A stretch of DNA of 64,000 bases from Blastocatellia bacterium (GTDB lineage: Bacteria > Acidobacteriota > Blastocatellia > UBA7656), in contig DATLXU010000079.1 of the NCBI GenBank assembly GCA_035575515.1, positions 1 through 64,000 of the forward strand, read 5' to 3'. Position numbers and translations under genes: made by a program. Below the pieces are notes generated by a model that saw only the letters and a program-made list of their open reading frames with translations, was not told the origin of the DNA and made no database searches. Below are positions 37,621 to 47,797 of the stretch, one piece after another. Each line of letters opens with the position of its first letter. Position 1 is the stretch's first letter.

Positions 37621-38831
37621 TTTACAAACTGCTTCGTTTCCGGTTTCGCAGCGTCGAGCGAGCCTGTGCGCCGTCTTGATCGCTCCATGTCTTCGCGCGC
37701 CTGATCGGAGGCTGAGCGAATGCCTGATACTCTCAGCCTGAATTCGTCTGCGTTCGTCGCCCCGTTCAACGCTTCTTCGTATGTTATCAACCCGCGAGAA
37801 TACAAATCAAACAGCGACTGGTCGAAGGTCTGCATCCCGTACTGCGACGTGCCCTGCGCAATTGCCTCGCGTATCATCGAAGTCTTCTCCGGGTGAACGA
37901 TGCAATCGCGAATGTATGGCGTGACGATCATGACTTCAACCGCAGGCACGCGTCCTTGAATGGGTTCAGCCGCGCGCACGAGCCGCATGGAGATAACCGA
38001 TTTGAGCACGCTCGCGAGCTGCAAGCGAATGGCTCGCTGCTGGTGCGGCGGAAAGACAGACACTATTCGGTTGACGGTTTCAGTCGCATCGAGCGTGTGC
38101 AGAGTTGATAAAACAAGGTGTCCCGTCTCGGCTGCTGTTAGCGCCGTCTCAATCGTTTCATAGTCGCGCATCTCGCCCACGAGTATCACGTCCGGGTCTT
38201 GCCGGAGAGCGCCGCGCAGGGCTTCTGAAAAACTCCTCGTGTCGACATCAACCTCGCGCTGATTGACGTAGGATTTTTTATCGCGATGAAGGAACTCAAT
38301 CGGGTCTTCGATTGTCACGATGTGGCCCGTGCGCGTGCGGTTCATGTAATCAATCATCGCCGCAAGCGTAGTTGATTTGCCCGACCCCGTAGAGCCTGTC
38401 ACGAGCACAAGCCCGCGCGGCTCATCGGCTATCTTTTCAATGACTGGCGGAAGGCGGAGTTCTTCTATCGTGCGAACGGTGGTGGGGATGACGCGAAGCA
38501 CCATGCCGACAGTCCCGCGCTGCTGAAAGATGTTGCAACGGAAGCGGCCCAATCCTGAAACGCCGTAAGCAATATCAATTTCCGAGTTCTCGTTGAATCG
38601 CTGCTTCTGCCGATTGTTCATTATCGAAAAGGCCATGTTGAGAGTATCTTCGGCAGAGAGTCGCTGCGCTTCGACCATAGGCATAAGCTCGCCGTTCACG
38701 CGTATGAATGGGAAGCTGCCGGCTTTGATATGCAGGTCGGATGCGCCCTTGCTGCACGCGATGGTCAGCAATTGATCAATGCTTGGTGACATTAACGTTT
38801 GCCTCTTAGAGCTTCGTTCAGCGTCAGACAA
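37584..38831 (-). CDS. pilT: type IV pilus retraction ATPase PilT (with ~60-aa C-terminal tail)
   Basis: N-terminal GASDLHIKAGSFPFIRVNGEL, Walker A LVTGSTGSGKSTT, Asp/His boxes, GEMRD. Confidence 0.85.
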   Translation of the reverse strand: MSDAERSSKRQTLMSPSIDQLLTIACSKGASDLHIKAGSFPFIRVNGELMPMVEAQRLSAEDTLNMAFSIMNNRQKQRFNENSEIDIAYGVSGLGRFRCNIFQQRGTVGMVLRVIPTTVRTIEELRLPPVIEKIADEPRGLVLVTGSTGSGKSTTLAAMIDYMNRTRTGHIVTIEDPIEFLHRDKKSYVNQREVDVDTRSFSEALRGALRQDPDVILVGEMRDYETIETALTAAETGHLVLSTLHTLDATETVNRIVSVFPPHQQRAIRLQLASVLKSVISMRLVRAAEPIQGRVPAVEVMIVTPYIRDCIVHPEKTSMIREAIAQGTSQYGMQTFDQSLFDLYSRGLITYEEALNGATNADEFRLRVSGIRSASDQAREDMERSRRRTGSLDAAKPETKQFVNWLLEGTEQVTR

Positions 38832-39032
38832 ATTGCGGGGACCCGATAACTGCGCCGGTTTGGGCGATTAGCGTTAATCAGGATTCGCAGTGAGCAAGAA
38901 GGGGCAGCCACTTGTCGGCGGGATTCAATGCCGTATCAGCGAGGCAGACATTTTCCGCCAGCGAGATGATTATAAGCGCAAGCGCAAAACGCGACAATAG
39001 TAATCGCTGGATTGGGGCAACGCCCGCAAGTC

Positions 39033-39038
39033 GGTATA
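39033..39038 (+). promoter_or_regulatory. TATAAT -10 box 9 nt upstream of the ATG at 39048 (leaderless-type start)
   Basis: Perfect consensus hexamer read directly; no SD before 39048. Confidence 0.3.
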
Positions 39039-39047
39039 ATACCTCCC

Positions 39048-42000
39048 ATGCGCTTGTTTCACCGCTCGCTAATTTTCGCAATCGTCTTATCGTCGTGCGC
39101 TCTTGTTCCCGTCCTGTCTGCGCTCACCGCAGGCCAGAGCGAAGACGCGAAGCTCGCCGCGCGCGAAGAGGCTTATCGTGCAAACAATATCGGCGTGGCG
39201 CTGCTTGAACAATTCAAGCACAAAGAGGCCGCAGACGAGTTTCGCCGCGCGCTCAAGATTGACCCTGCGCTGAAAGTCGCGCGCATCAATCTTGCGATAG
39301 CTCTCTACAACGTGCCCGACGTTGATGGCGCGATGCGCGAAGCGAAGGCTGCCGCTGATGCCATGCCTGATGCGCCGCAGCCGCACTACATCTTGGGACT
39401 TATCGCCAAAAAACAGAATCGCACGGATGATGCAGTTGCGGCGTTTCAGCGAGTGCTGAAGATTGACCCGCGCGACACGGGGGCGAATATAAATCTTGGA
39501 CAGCTTCTCGTGCAGCAGCGCAAGTACGCGGAAGCGATTGCCGCGTTCCGCACGGCGATCGCGAGTGAGCCTTACAGCGTGACGGCTACTTATAATCTTG
39601 CGATTGCGTTGATTCGCGCGGGCCAGCGCGAAGAAGGCCAGCAGATGATGCAGCAGTTTCAAAGGCTGCGCGAGAGCAATTACGGCACGACGCTCGGCGA
39701 AAACTATCTTGAGCAGGGCCGCTACGCCGAAGCTATCAGCTCGACGGGCGCGGAATCAGAGCTTGTTGATGCGACGATGCCCGAAGTCACTTTTATGGAT
39801 GCGACCTCAAGTGTGATGCCAGTGGCTAAGTCTCAGGAGAAATCAGCGGTGGCTCAATTCTTTGGCCGATCAATCAACGCTGCTTCTTTCAATGATGCTG
39901 CGAAGCGCGATCTAGTCTCTTCGCTCGGAGGCGGCGTTGTGTTGTTCGATTATGACGGCGACGGCGACCTTGATTTGTTGGAAGTCGCACCCTCCGCCGA
40001 ACGGCTCTATCGAAACGATGGCGGGAAGTTTGTTGATGTAACACAAGCGTCAGGTTTGAAGCGTGCAGACACCCAATCAATCGGCATTGCGGCGGTCGCG
40101 GGCGATTACGATAACGATGGCCGTGCCGATCTGTTTGTGCTGCGTTATGGCGCGAGCGCGCTTTATCATAATGACGGCAGCGGGAAGTTTTCGGACGTGA
40201 CTGCTGCGGCTGGCATCCCGGCTTATCCTTATCTGTCAATGTCAGTCGCTTTCGTTGACGTGGATCACGATGGCGATCTCGATATTTTCATCGCAGGCTT
40301 TGCGGACATGTCTAAACCGCCAAAGCCCGCGAATCAGCAAATCACTTTCCCGGATGATTTCGCCGGAGCGCCGAACCTCTTGCTTCGCAACAACGGCAAC
40401 GGCAAATTCACAGACATCACCGCAATCGCGAAAGTCGCAGGCGCAAACGCTCACGCCGTCGCCGTCGTGCCTACGGATTACGACAACCATCGCGACATTG
40501 ATTTGCTCGTCGTCAATTACGACGCCGCGCCTGTATTGTTTAGCAATCAGCGCGACGGCACGTTCCGCGACGTAGCCACAGAAGCAGGATTGACGGAAAA
40601 AGCTCGCTTCACGTGCGCGGCTGCAGGAGATGTGAACAAAGACGGCTTTACGGATTTCTTTTTCGGCAAAGACGACGGTGCTGGCCTTTTTGCTATGAGT
40701 GATGGCAAAGGGCGTTTTCTTTCTTCTCCGTCACCGCTCATTGAGACAATAAGCACCGCACAGTTTCTCGATTACGACAACGATGGCTTGCTTGACCTTG
40801 TGGCGTTTACAAACAGCGGCCTGCGGGTGCTTCGCAACGTCGGCGGCAGATGGGGAAACGTGAGCGAGCGCGCAGCCTCGGCGGACTTGTTTGGCAATCC
40901 TGCGATTGTTACGCCGCTGGTTCACCGAATAGCTTCGGGCGACATTGACGGCGACGGCGATGAAGATTTGATCGCGCGCCTCACTTCGGGCGAAATCAAA
41001 GTCGCGCGAAACGACGGCGGGAACCGCAACCGCTCGCTTCGCATCAACCTCGCGGCGAAAGTCAGCAATCGGAGCAGCGTCGGAACAAAGATCGAGATGC
41101 GCGCGGGCAGCCTCCATCAAAAGCTCGAAACCGTTTCGGCAAGCCCCGCGCCCGCCCCTTCGGATGTCATCTTCGGACTGGGCAAGCGCGAGCGAGCCGA
41201 CGCCGTGCGAGTGCTGTGGCCCGTCGGAATCCTTCAAGCTGAAACCGAAATCCCCGCGACGAAACCTGCGATGATGACTGCGACGCTCACAATCACGGAG
41301 CTTGACCGCAAGCCGTCGTCGTGCCCTTATCTCTTTACCTGGAACGGCGAGCAGTTCGAGTTCGTCACAGATTTTATGGGCGGCGGCGAGATGGGTTACT
41401 GGGAAGCGCCCGGCAAGCGAAACACGCCCGACCCCGACGAGTACGTCCGCATCCGCGACGATCAACTTCGCGAGCGCGATGGACGATTCGAGATTCGCGT
41501 GACAAACGAGCTTGAAGAAGTGCTCTACGTTGATCGCCTGCAATTAATCGCCGTAGCTCACCGGGCTGATACGGAAGTTTACCCGAACGAAGGGATGACC
41601 GACCCGCCGCGCGAGTTTAAGTTATTCGCGACGCGAGGCGCGCGCCCGCCCGCGACGGCCATTGACGATCACGGCCACGACGTGACTTCGCGCATCGCGC
41701 GACTTGATCGCAAGTTCGTTGATGATTTCGATCTTCTCCCAATTCGCGGCTACGCGAAAGAGCACACGCTCACTTTGAATCTGGGTGAGCCGAGCACCGG
41801 GCGCACTTTGCTTCTGCTTACAGGCTGGACCGATTACGCTTTTTCGAGCGATAACGTCGCGGCTCATCAAAGTGGACTTGAGATGCGTCCGCCCGCGCTC
41901 CAGGTGAAAGATGCAAAGGGACAATGGCGAACCGTCATCGAAGAAATAGGTATTCCCGTGGGTCGCCCGCAGACGATGGCGCTCGACCTGACGGGCAAGT

Positions 42001-42596
42001 TCTTAACATCAAATCGCGAGGTTCGCATCGTGACCAATATGCGAATCTACTGGGATCAGATTCTCGTCGACACCTCAAACGCTGTTGCGCCAACAGAGTT
42101 GATTCGCCTCGACCCGATAACTGCCGATCTTCACTGGCGAGGCTTTTCGGCTGAAGTCACGCCCGACGGGCGCGAGCCGTTCAGCTACGACTACTCGCGC
42201 GCGTCGGCAATCTCACCCTGGAAAGTAATGTCGGGCCGCTACACGCGCGAAGGCGACGTGAGAGAGTTGCTGCTGCGCTCGGATGATATGTTCGTCATCT
42301 CGCGCCCGGGCGACGAGATTGCTCTATCGTTCGACGCGACGCGACTGCCGCCGCTTCGCGCAGGGTGGAAACGGACGTTTTTGCTCTACGCCGACGGGTT
42401 CAGCAAAGAGATGGACATCAATTCAGCGAGTCCGGACGCCGTGCTGCCTCTGCCTTTTCACGGAATGAAACATTATCCGCGCGGCGCACGTTATCCGATG
42501 ACTGAAGCGCGGCGTAAATATATCGAGCGATACAACACGCGCGTAGTTGCTTCACCTTTGCCGCGCATCGAAGCAACGATAATGCGGGATAAATAA
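39048..42596 (+). CDS. secreted TPR + FG-GAP/VCBS repeat + ASPIC/UnbV (CRTAC1-like) giant protein
   Basis: Signal peptide MRLFHRSLIFAIVLSSCALVPVLSA. TPR block (YNLAIAL.., HYILGLIAKKQNRTDDAVAAFQRVL). Repeated DxDxDGDxD FG-GAP motifs (DYDGDGDLDLL, DVDHDGDLDIF). C-terminal UnbV_ASPIC-like domain. Confidence 0.75.
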   Translation: MRLFHRSLIFAIVLSSCALVPVLSALTAGQSEDAKLAAREEAYRANNIGVALLEQFKHKEAADEFRRALKIDPALKVARINLAIALYNVPDVDGAMREAKAAADAMPDAPQPHYILGLIAKKQNRTDDAVAAFQRVLKIDPRDTGANINLGQLLVQQRKYAEAIAAFRTAIASEPYSVTATYNLAIALIRAGQREEGQQMMQQFQRLRESNYGTTLGENYLEQGRYAEAISSTGAESELVDATMPEVTFMDATSSVMPVAKSQEKSAVAQFFGRSINAASFNDAAKRDLVSSLGGGVVLFDYDGDGDLDLLEVAPSAERLYRNDGGKFVDVTQASGLKRADTQSIGIAAVAGDYDNDGRADLFVLRYGASALYHNDGSGKFSDVTAAAGIPAYPYLSMSVAFVDVDHDGDLDIFIAGFADMSKPPKPANQQITFPDDFAGAPNLLLRNNGNGKFTDITAIAKVAGANAHAVAVVPTDYDNHRDIDLLVVNYDAAPVLFSNQRDGTFRDVATEAGLTEKARFTCAAAGDVNKDGFTDFFFGKDDGAGLFAMSDGKGRFLSSPSPLIETISTAQFLDYDNDGLLDLVAFTNSGLRVLRNVGGRWGNVSERAASADLFGNPAIVTPLVHRIASGDIDGDGDEDLIARLTSGEIKVARNDGGNRNRSLRINLAAKVSNRSSVGTKIEMRAGSLHQKLETVSASPAPAPSDVIFGLGKRERADAVRVLWPVGILQAETEIPATKPAMMTATLTITELDRKPSSCPYLFTWNGEQFEFVTDFMGGGEMGYWEAPGKRNTPDPDEYVRIRDDQLRERDGRFEIRVTNELEEVLYVDRLQLIAVAHRADTEVYPNEGMTDPPREFKLFATRGARPPATAIDDHGHDVTSRIARLDRKFVDDFDLLPIRGYAKEHTLTLNLGEPSTGRTLLLLTGWTDYAFSSDNVAAHQSGLEMRPPALQVKDAKGQWRTVIEEIGIPVGRPQTMALDLTGKFLTSNREVRIVTNMRIYWDQILVDTSNAVAPTELIRLDPITADLHWRGFSAEVTPDGREPFSYDYSRASAISPWKVMSGRYTREGDVRELLLRSDDMFVISRPGDEIALSFDATRLPPLRAGWKRTFLLYADGFSKEMDINSASPDAVLPLPFHGMKHYPRGARYPMTEARRKYIERYNTRVVASPLPRIEATIMRDK

Positions 42597-42641
42597 GGCT
42601 CGACCGCATTCAGCAAACAACATTGTCAAGGGAGAACACGA

Positions 42642-43664
42642 ATGGCAACTCAACAATCAGCAGCATCACCTTCACCGATGCTTTTCTTCGAAACGGTTAA
42701 TTCTTACCAGCGCAGCGCCGCGATCAAAGCGGCAATCGAGCTGGGCCTGTTCACAGCGATAGCCGATGGAGCAGAAACCGCGCAGGAGATAGCTGAAAAG
42801 TGCGGCGCGTCAGAGCGCGGCACGCGCATTCTCTGCGACTATCTGACCATCAAAGGCTTTCTCAACAAGCACGGGCAGAGCTATAGCCTCACGCCCGACT
42901 CATCTTTATTCCTAAATCAGAAATCGCCCGCGTATGTGGGCGGGGCAATCGAGTTTCTGCTCTCGCCGATGCTCGTTGAAGGATTCAACAACCTGACGGC
43001 AGCCGTTCGCAAAGGCGGCACGGCTATCTCTGAAGAAGGAAGTGTCTCGCCGGAAAATCCCGTGTGGGTTAAATTCGCGCAGGCTATGGCTCCGCTTGCG
43101 GCGTTCAACGCTCAAATGATGGCGCAGTTGATTGATAGGCAGATCGGCAAAGTCAATAAAGTTTTAGATATCGCCGCAGGTCATGGATTGTTCGGCATAG
43201 AGGTCGCGCGGCTCAATCCCGATGCTCAGATTGTCGCGCTCGATTGGCCGGACGTTTTGGAAGTCGCAAAGGAGAACGCGCAGAAAGCGGGTGTCGCAGA
43301 CCGCTACGACACAATCGCGGGCAGCGCGTTCGAATCCGATTTCGGCAGCGGCTACGATATAGTGCTGCTCACGAATTTCCTGCATCACTTCGACCCGCCG
43401 ACAAACGAAGCGCTGCTCAGGAAAGTTCACGCGGTGCTCGCCGACGGCGGCAGAGCCATCACGCTTGAATTTGTTCCAAACGAAGACCGCACCACGCCGC
43501 CCGTCGCCGCTGCGTTCAGCCTCATAATGCTCAGTTCAACGCCGAGCGGAGATGCTTACACCTTTGCAGAGTTTGAAAAGATGTTCAGCAATGCGGGCTT
43601 CAGCCGCACCGAGCTTCATGAACTGCCCGTTCCATTTCAACAGGTGTTGATTTCCGAGAAGTAA
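42642..43664 (+). CDS. class I SAM-dependent O-methyltransferase (plant/bacterial OMT fold with N-terminal dimerisation wH)
   Basis: VLDIAAGHGLFGIEVAR motif I, DWPDV, LLTNFLHHF. Confidence 0.75.
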   Translation: MATQQSAASPSPMLFFETVNSYQRSAAIKAAIELGLFTAIADGAETAQEIAEKCGASERGTRILCDYLTIKGFLNKHGQSYSLTPDSSLFLNQKSPAYVGGAIEFLLSPMLVEGFNNLTAAVRKGGTAISEEGSVSPENPVWVKFAQAMAPLAAFNAQMMAQLIDRQIGKVNKVLDIAAGHGLFGIEVARLNPDAQIVALDWPDVLEVAKENAQKAGVADRYDTIAGSAFESDFGSGYDIVLLTNFLHHFDPPTNEALLRKVHAVLADGGRAITLEFVPNEDRTTPPVAAAFSLIMLSSTPSGDAYTFAEFEKMFSNAGFSRTELHELPVPFQQVLISEK

Positions 43665-43668
43665 CGAC

Positions 43669-43701
43669 GCGGAGGCCGGTGAATCACCGCCCGGCCTCCG
43701 C
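43669..43701 (+). terminator. GC hairpin gcggaggccgg-tgaatcaccgc-ccggcctccgc
   Basis: Perfect 11-bp stem 5 nt after the OMT stop; no U-tract. Confidence 0.45.
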
Positions 43702-43897
43702 GCTTTCCGCATCGCACAATTCAAGTGATAGCATGCATCACAGTATTCGCCGCTTGTTCGTTTGCGTTTTCAAAAGCGGCATGATAAAAATCGCTCCTGA
43801 TGTTGTCATAGTCCTTCAGAATTCATTTGGTCATTTTTTAGTTTTTATCAATAGCGTAGAGTGATAATCATAGAAGCACAGCCGTAGGCGCTTTGCA

Positions 43898-45955
43898 ATG
43901 AGCTTCCTCACACGACCTCAGGTTATTATTATCATCTTATTGACGGCGCCTCTTCGCATAATCTCTTCCACAGTGCACGCGTCTCAGCCAGACCGCGACG
44001 CTAATGGCGCAACATCAAAATACCTTTACCACTCATGGACGGTTGAGAATGGTCTGCCGCAAAACTCCGTCAATGACATCGTGCAGACTCGCGACGGCTA
44101 CATCTGGCTGGCCACTTATGGCGGCCTCGTCCGATTTGATGGCGTCAAGTTCACGGTCTTTGATACGGGCAACAGCCGCGGGCTGATGAGCAACAGGGTT
44201 GTCGCGCTGCTTGAGGACCGGGCTGGCAATCTATGGATTGGCACCGAACAAGGCGGCCTGAGCCGCTACGCGCATGGCGCATTCACCACCTTCACGGTGA
44301 AGGATGGACTGCCGGATGATCGCCTTCGCTCTGTGGGCGAGGATGATTCAGGCGCAATATGGGTCAGCACGCCCGCCGGACTGGCGCGTTATAAAGACGG
44401 GCGATTTACTACTTATACAAAGCAGGATGGAATTGCAGGCCTGCCCGGTCAGATAAGGCGTGGTCGCGACGGCAGCCTGTGGGTATTTACTGATCGAGGG
44501 ATAGTCAGGTTTCAGGGCGAGACATTTACCGTTTACGAAACGATGGGCGGGTTGCCCGTGAGCTGGATTCGCGATATGTACTGCGCTAGTGACGGCAGCC
44601 TGTGGGTCTCTGCGGCTAAAGGGCTGATAAGATTCCAATCCGATACGGCTTCTACGCTCATAACCTATGAACTGAGGGAGGGCACATCACCGCCGTCCAA
44701 CATGGTCATGTCTATTTTTGAAGACCTGCAAGGTCGAGCCTGCTTCCTTAGCCCTCAGGGGCTGCTGCGATATGAAGGCGGCGAGATAAAGCTATTCGCA
44801 AATATTACAAAGCCGTTTCAGGCCGAAGAAGTCGTGGCGCGGGTTGAGAATCAGTTGAATATCTCGCGCCTGCAAAAGGAGCTTGCCGAGCAGAACCGGG
44901 AACTCAAGAGGGAGAACGACGAGCTTGTTCAGGCGCAGAAGCGGACCGACCTTGTATTTTCAGCATTGGCCGAGTTGTTGCCAGGCACGGTGCTCGATGA
45001 GAAGTATCGCCTTGAAGAAAAGATCGGTTCAGGCGGGTTCGGCGCTGTGTATCGCGGCACGCACATAAGCTTGAACCGCCCGATTGCGGTCAAGGTATTT
45101 CGACCTATGGCGGGAAACGACAGACCGGAGGCGCTCGAACGATTCCGGCTCGAAGGCGTATCGGCAAGTCGAATAAACCATCCGAATGCTGTTGCCGTGC
45201 TCGATTCAGGCATCACCTCGGCAGGCATCGCATATCTAGTGATGGAGCTTTTAGAAGGGCACACGCTCACAGAAGAATTGAGGGCTAAGGGGAGACTATC
45301 GCTGCGGCGCGCTCTTGAGATACTTGCCCCCGTTTGCGAAGCGCTCGCCGAAGCGCACGCAGTCGGCATCATCCACCGTGACATCAAGCCCGACAATATT
45401 TTTCTCCACCGCGCGAAAGACGGCGAAGTCGTAAAGGTGGTAGATTTCGGCCTTGCGAAGATACTTGGCACAGGTCCAAGCGTGGGGCTTGAGGCGATGA
45501 CAATTGCAGGCGCAGTCATCGGCACACCGACTTATATGGCTCCCGAGCGCCTGGCGAATCAGCCTTACGACGGTCGGGCTGACATATACAGCCTCGGAGT
45601 GATTCTGTACAGGATGCTGACCGGGCGGCTGCCATTTGAGCCTCAAGAAGGCGATGCTTACGCTGTGATGGTGATGCATTTGACTGAGGAGCCGCCTCCG
45701 CCTCGCCAGATCAATCCGAACATTCCTGAAGTCGTCGAGTCAATTATCAAACTCACCTTGAAGAAGCAGCCCGGCGAACGCCCAACTGCGAAAGAGATGT
45801 CAGCCATGATCGGCTCTCTATGCGCGTCTCTTGATGAGATTGAACCAACATCAGAAAACGGCTTGACCGGAAAGCTCACAAACAAAGCCCCTCGGTTAGA
45901 GAGCGACCCTTCGATAGAAGACGTAATGACTCGTCAGTTGCCCGCGCCCGAATAA
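43898..45955 (+). CDS. Hanks-type Ser/Thr protein kinase with N-terminal two-component-regulator propeller repeats and a receiver-like remnant
   Basis: Propeller repeats (WLATYGGLVRFDG, LWIGTEQGGLSRY, IWVSTPAGLARY...). Remnant KPFQAEEVVARVENQL. Kinase motifs GSGGFGAVYRG, VAVK, HRDIKPDNIFL, DFGLAK, GTPTYMAPE. Confidence 0.8.
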   Translation: MSFLTRPQVIIIILLTAPLRIISSTVHASQPDRDANGATSKYLYHSWTVENGLPQNSVNDIVQTRDGYIWLATYGGLVRFDGVKFTVFDTGNSRGLMSNRVVALLEDRAGNLWIGTEQGGLSRYAHGAFTTFTVKDGLPDDRLRSVGEDDSGAIWVSTPAGLARYKDGRFTTYTKQDGIAGLPGQIRRGRDGSLWVFTDRGIVRFQGETFTVYETMGGLPVSWIRDMYCASDGSLWVSAAKGLIRFQSDTASTLITYELREGTSPPSNMVMSIFEDLQGRACFLSPQGLLRYEGGEIKLFANITKPFQAEEVVARVENQLNISRLQKELAEQNRELKRENDELVQAQKRTDLVFSALAELLPGTVLDEKYRLEEKIGSGGFGAVYRGTHISLNRPIAVKVFRPMAGNDRPEALERFRLEGVSASRINHPNAVAVLDSGITSAGIAYLVMELLEGHTLTEELRAKGRLSLRRALEILAPVCEALAEAHAVGIIHRDIKPDNIFLHRAKDGEVVKVVDFGLAKILGTGPSVGLEAMTIAGAVIGTPTYMAPERLANQPYDGRADIYSLGVILYRMLTGRLPFEPQEGDAYAVMVMHLTEEPPPPRQINPNIPEVVESIIKLTLKKQPGERPTAKEMSAMIGSLCASLDEIEPTSENGLTGKLTNKAPRLESDPSIEDVMTRQLPAPE

Positions 45956-46216
45956 TTAGTCGCATATCGCGCTTCCAGGAAAGAGCAATGACATCAACTT
46001 TCTTTGCAGAATATAAATGCTGACTACCTCTGTAATCCCGTGCGCCTCTATGGCTCTTCGATAATGCAACTGCATACGCTAACGAAATTCAGCGAAAAAG
46101 TGTTAATATAGCTGCTCGCAAGGAGTATATAGCACGAGCCAAAAGTTGAATCCTCTAATCTGAACAATGGCTTTTCGCAAGTTGGTTGAGCGCAGCTAAA
46201 GATGAAGTGAGGTCTT

Positions 46217-46657
46217 ATGTTTGCGAAAGAAATACTCGATCAGCAGTCTAACGACAAGGACGATTTGTATTTTCAGTCGGCGCTTAATCCATTGAATGAC
46301 GAACGAAAACTTGAAGCGGCGCTCGAAAAAATAGGTCGTGTTCCCAAGGGCTTCGACGGTAAACTGTTTTTGCCTCTTCTGAGCCGTTCTTCTCCAGCCG
46401 TTCGCTTATTGGCAGTGAAGAATATCGGCAAGCTCAAGGATGAATCGTTTCTGGATAAAGTTAGTTGCCTGGCGAAAACTGAAAGCAATACCCTTGTCCG
46501 TCGAGAGGCAGTTTCGGCTATCGGGCGCATGAGAAGCAGATATGCCGTTCCAGTATTAATCAGCTTCCTTCATGACAATGATGCCAAAGTGGTCCTGCAG
46601 GCTATTCAGGGCGCTTCTCGTTTTCAAAACTCTGCCGAAGGTGCAGGAATCGCTTAA
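46217..46657 (+). CDS. HEAT (PBS-lyase-type) repeat protein fragment; continues in another frame into the MTase
   Basis: Repeats AVRLLAVKNIGKL, LVRREAVSAIGRM, AKVVLQAIQGASRF. Low-GC DNA. Confidence 0.45.
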   Translation: MFAKEILDQQSNDKDDLYFQSALNPLNDERKLEAALEKIGRVPKGFDGKLFLPLLSRSSPAVRLLAVKNIGKLKDESFLDKVSCLAKTESNTLVRREAVSAIGRMRSRYAVPVLISFLHDNDAKVVLQAIQGASRFQNSAEGAGIA

Positions 46658-47602
46658 AGCTCTCACCGATCACCCTAGTGAACTGGTACGAGAAGCCATT
46701 GAGAAAGAGTTTGGTCCGAAGACCAGCGGGAGAGCTAAAAACCCCTCTCACACATCAAGCCCAAATTTTTTGAAGAACGTCCTCGTTCACGGCGATGTGC
46801 GCGAAGTCCTAAGCATGTGCCTGACGAATCAGTTCATTTAACATTCACATCGCCTCCCTACTACAACGCGCGGGATTATACGATATACAAGAGCTATGAG
46901 CATTATCTGGAATTCCTGGTTTCGATTTTCAAAGAGGTTCATCGCATTACGAAAGAAGGGCGATTCTTTGTTTTGAATACGTCCCCAGTGCTTATTCCGC
47001 GCATGGGCCGAAGCCACGCCAGCAAACGGTACCTGATTCCTTTCGATATACATCCTTTGCTGACTCGGATAGGATGGGAGTTCATTGAAGATATTATCTG
47101 GGTGAAGCCTGACCCGAGCGCAAAGAATCGCAATGGCGGCTTCTTTCAACATAGAAAGCCACTTGGCTATAAGGCCAATTCAGTTTCTGAGTACGTCATC
47201 GTTTATCGCAAAAAGACAGACAGGCTGATTGATTGGAATATGCGGCAGTATCCCGAAGAGATAATTAATGAGAGCAAAGTCGCCGGTGATTATGAGAAGA
47301 CAAATGTCTGGAAGATAGCCCCAACGACTGACAGGATTCATTCCGCTCCATTCCCAAAAGAGCTGGCCGCGCGAGTTGTTCAGTTTTACTCATTCAAAGG
47401 CGACCTAGTGTTTGATCCTTTTGCCGGGATAGGCACCGTTGGGCAGGCCGCTTTAATGTTAGGCAGGCATTTCTTTATGACTGAGCAGGAGAAGCAATAC
47501 GTCAATAGAGCAACCGCAGCTTTGCACGAACAGCGAACGTTTTTTTCGGATGCAGTCAGAACCTGCTCTTTGGATGAGTTCAAGCAGGAAACAATTAGAT
47601 AA
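46572..47602 (+). pseudogene. beta-class DNA methyltransferase (SPPY type, likely N4-cytosine or N6-adenine), frameshifted; the N-terminal part is in a different frame and follows a HEAT-like segment
   Basis: Frame A (46572-46841): ..LPKVQESLKALTDHPSELVREAIEKEF..NFLKNVLVHGDVREVLSMCL. Frame B (46817-47602): PDESVHLTFTSPPYYNARDY ... VFDPFAGIGTVGQAAL (motif IV before motif I). The junction at ~46818-46822 is a -1 shift in a C-run. Confidence 0.55.
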
Positions 47603-47789
47603 ATTAAAAGTTCAGTGGGTCGAATTGCGGAGCGAGAAAGGGTATAAAAAGTTCGAGAAGATTCTGCGCGCCCTCTCAATTCCTTATAAATCATTCAAAG
47701 GCGACCTGAGCAAAGCTTTGAATGACATTTTGTCTGAGATTTCTGATGAAGAAGTCCAGGAGATGGCCACAGAAAATGCGGGGGTATAG
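47574..47789 (+). CDS. small hypothetical ORF downstream of and overlapping the MTase 3' end
   Basis: ORF only; no recognisable motif. Confidence 0.2.
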   Translation: MSSSRKQLDKLKVQWVELRSEKGYKKFEKILRALSIPYKSFKGDLSKALNDILSEISDEEVQEMATENAGV

Positions 47790-47797
47790 CAATCTTA

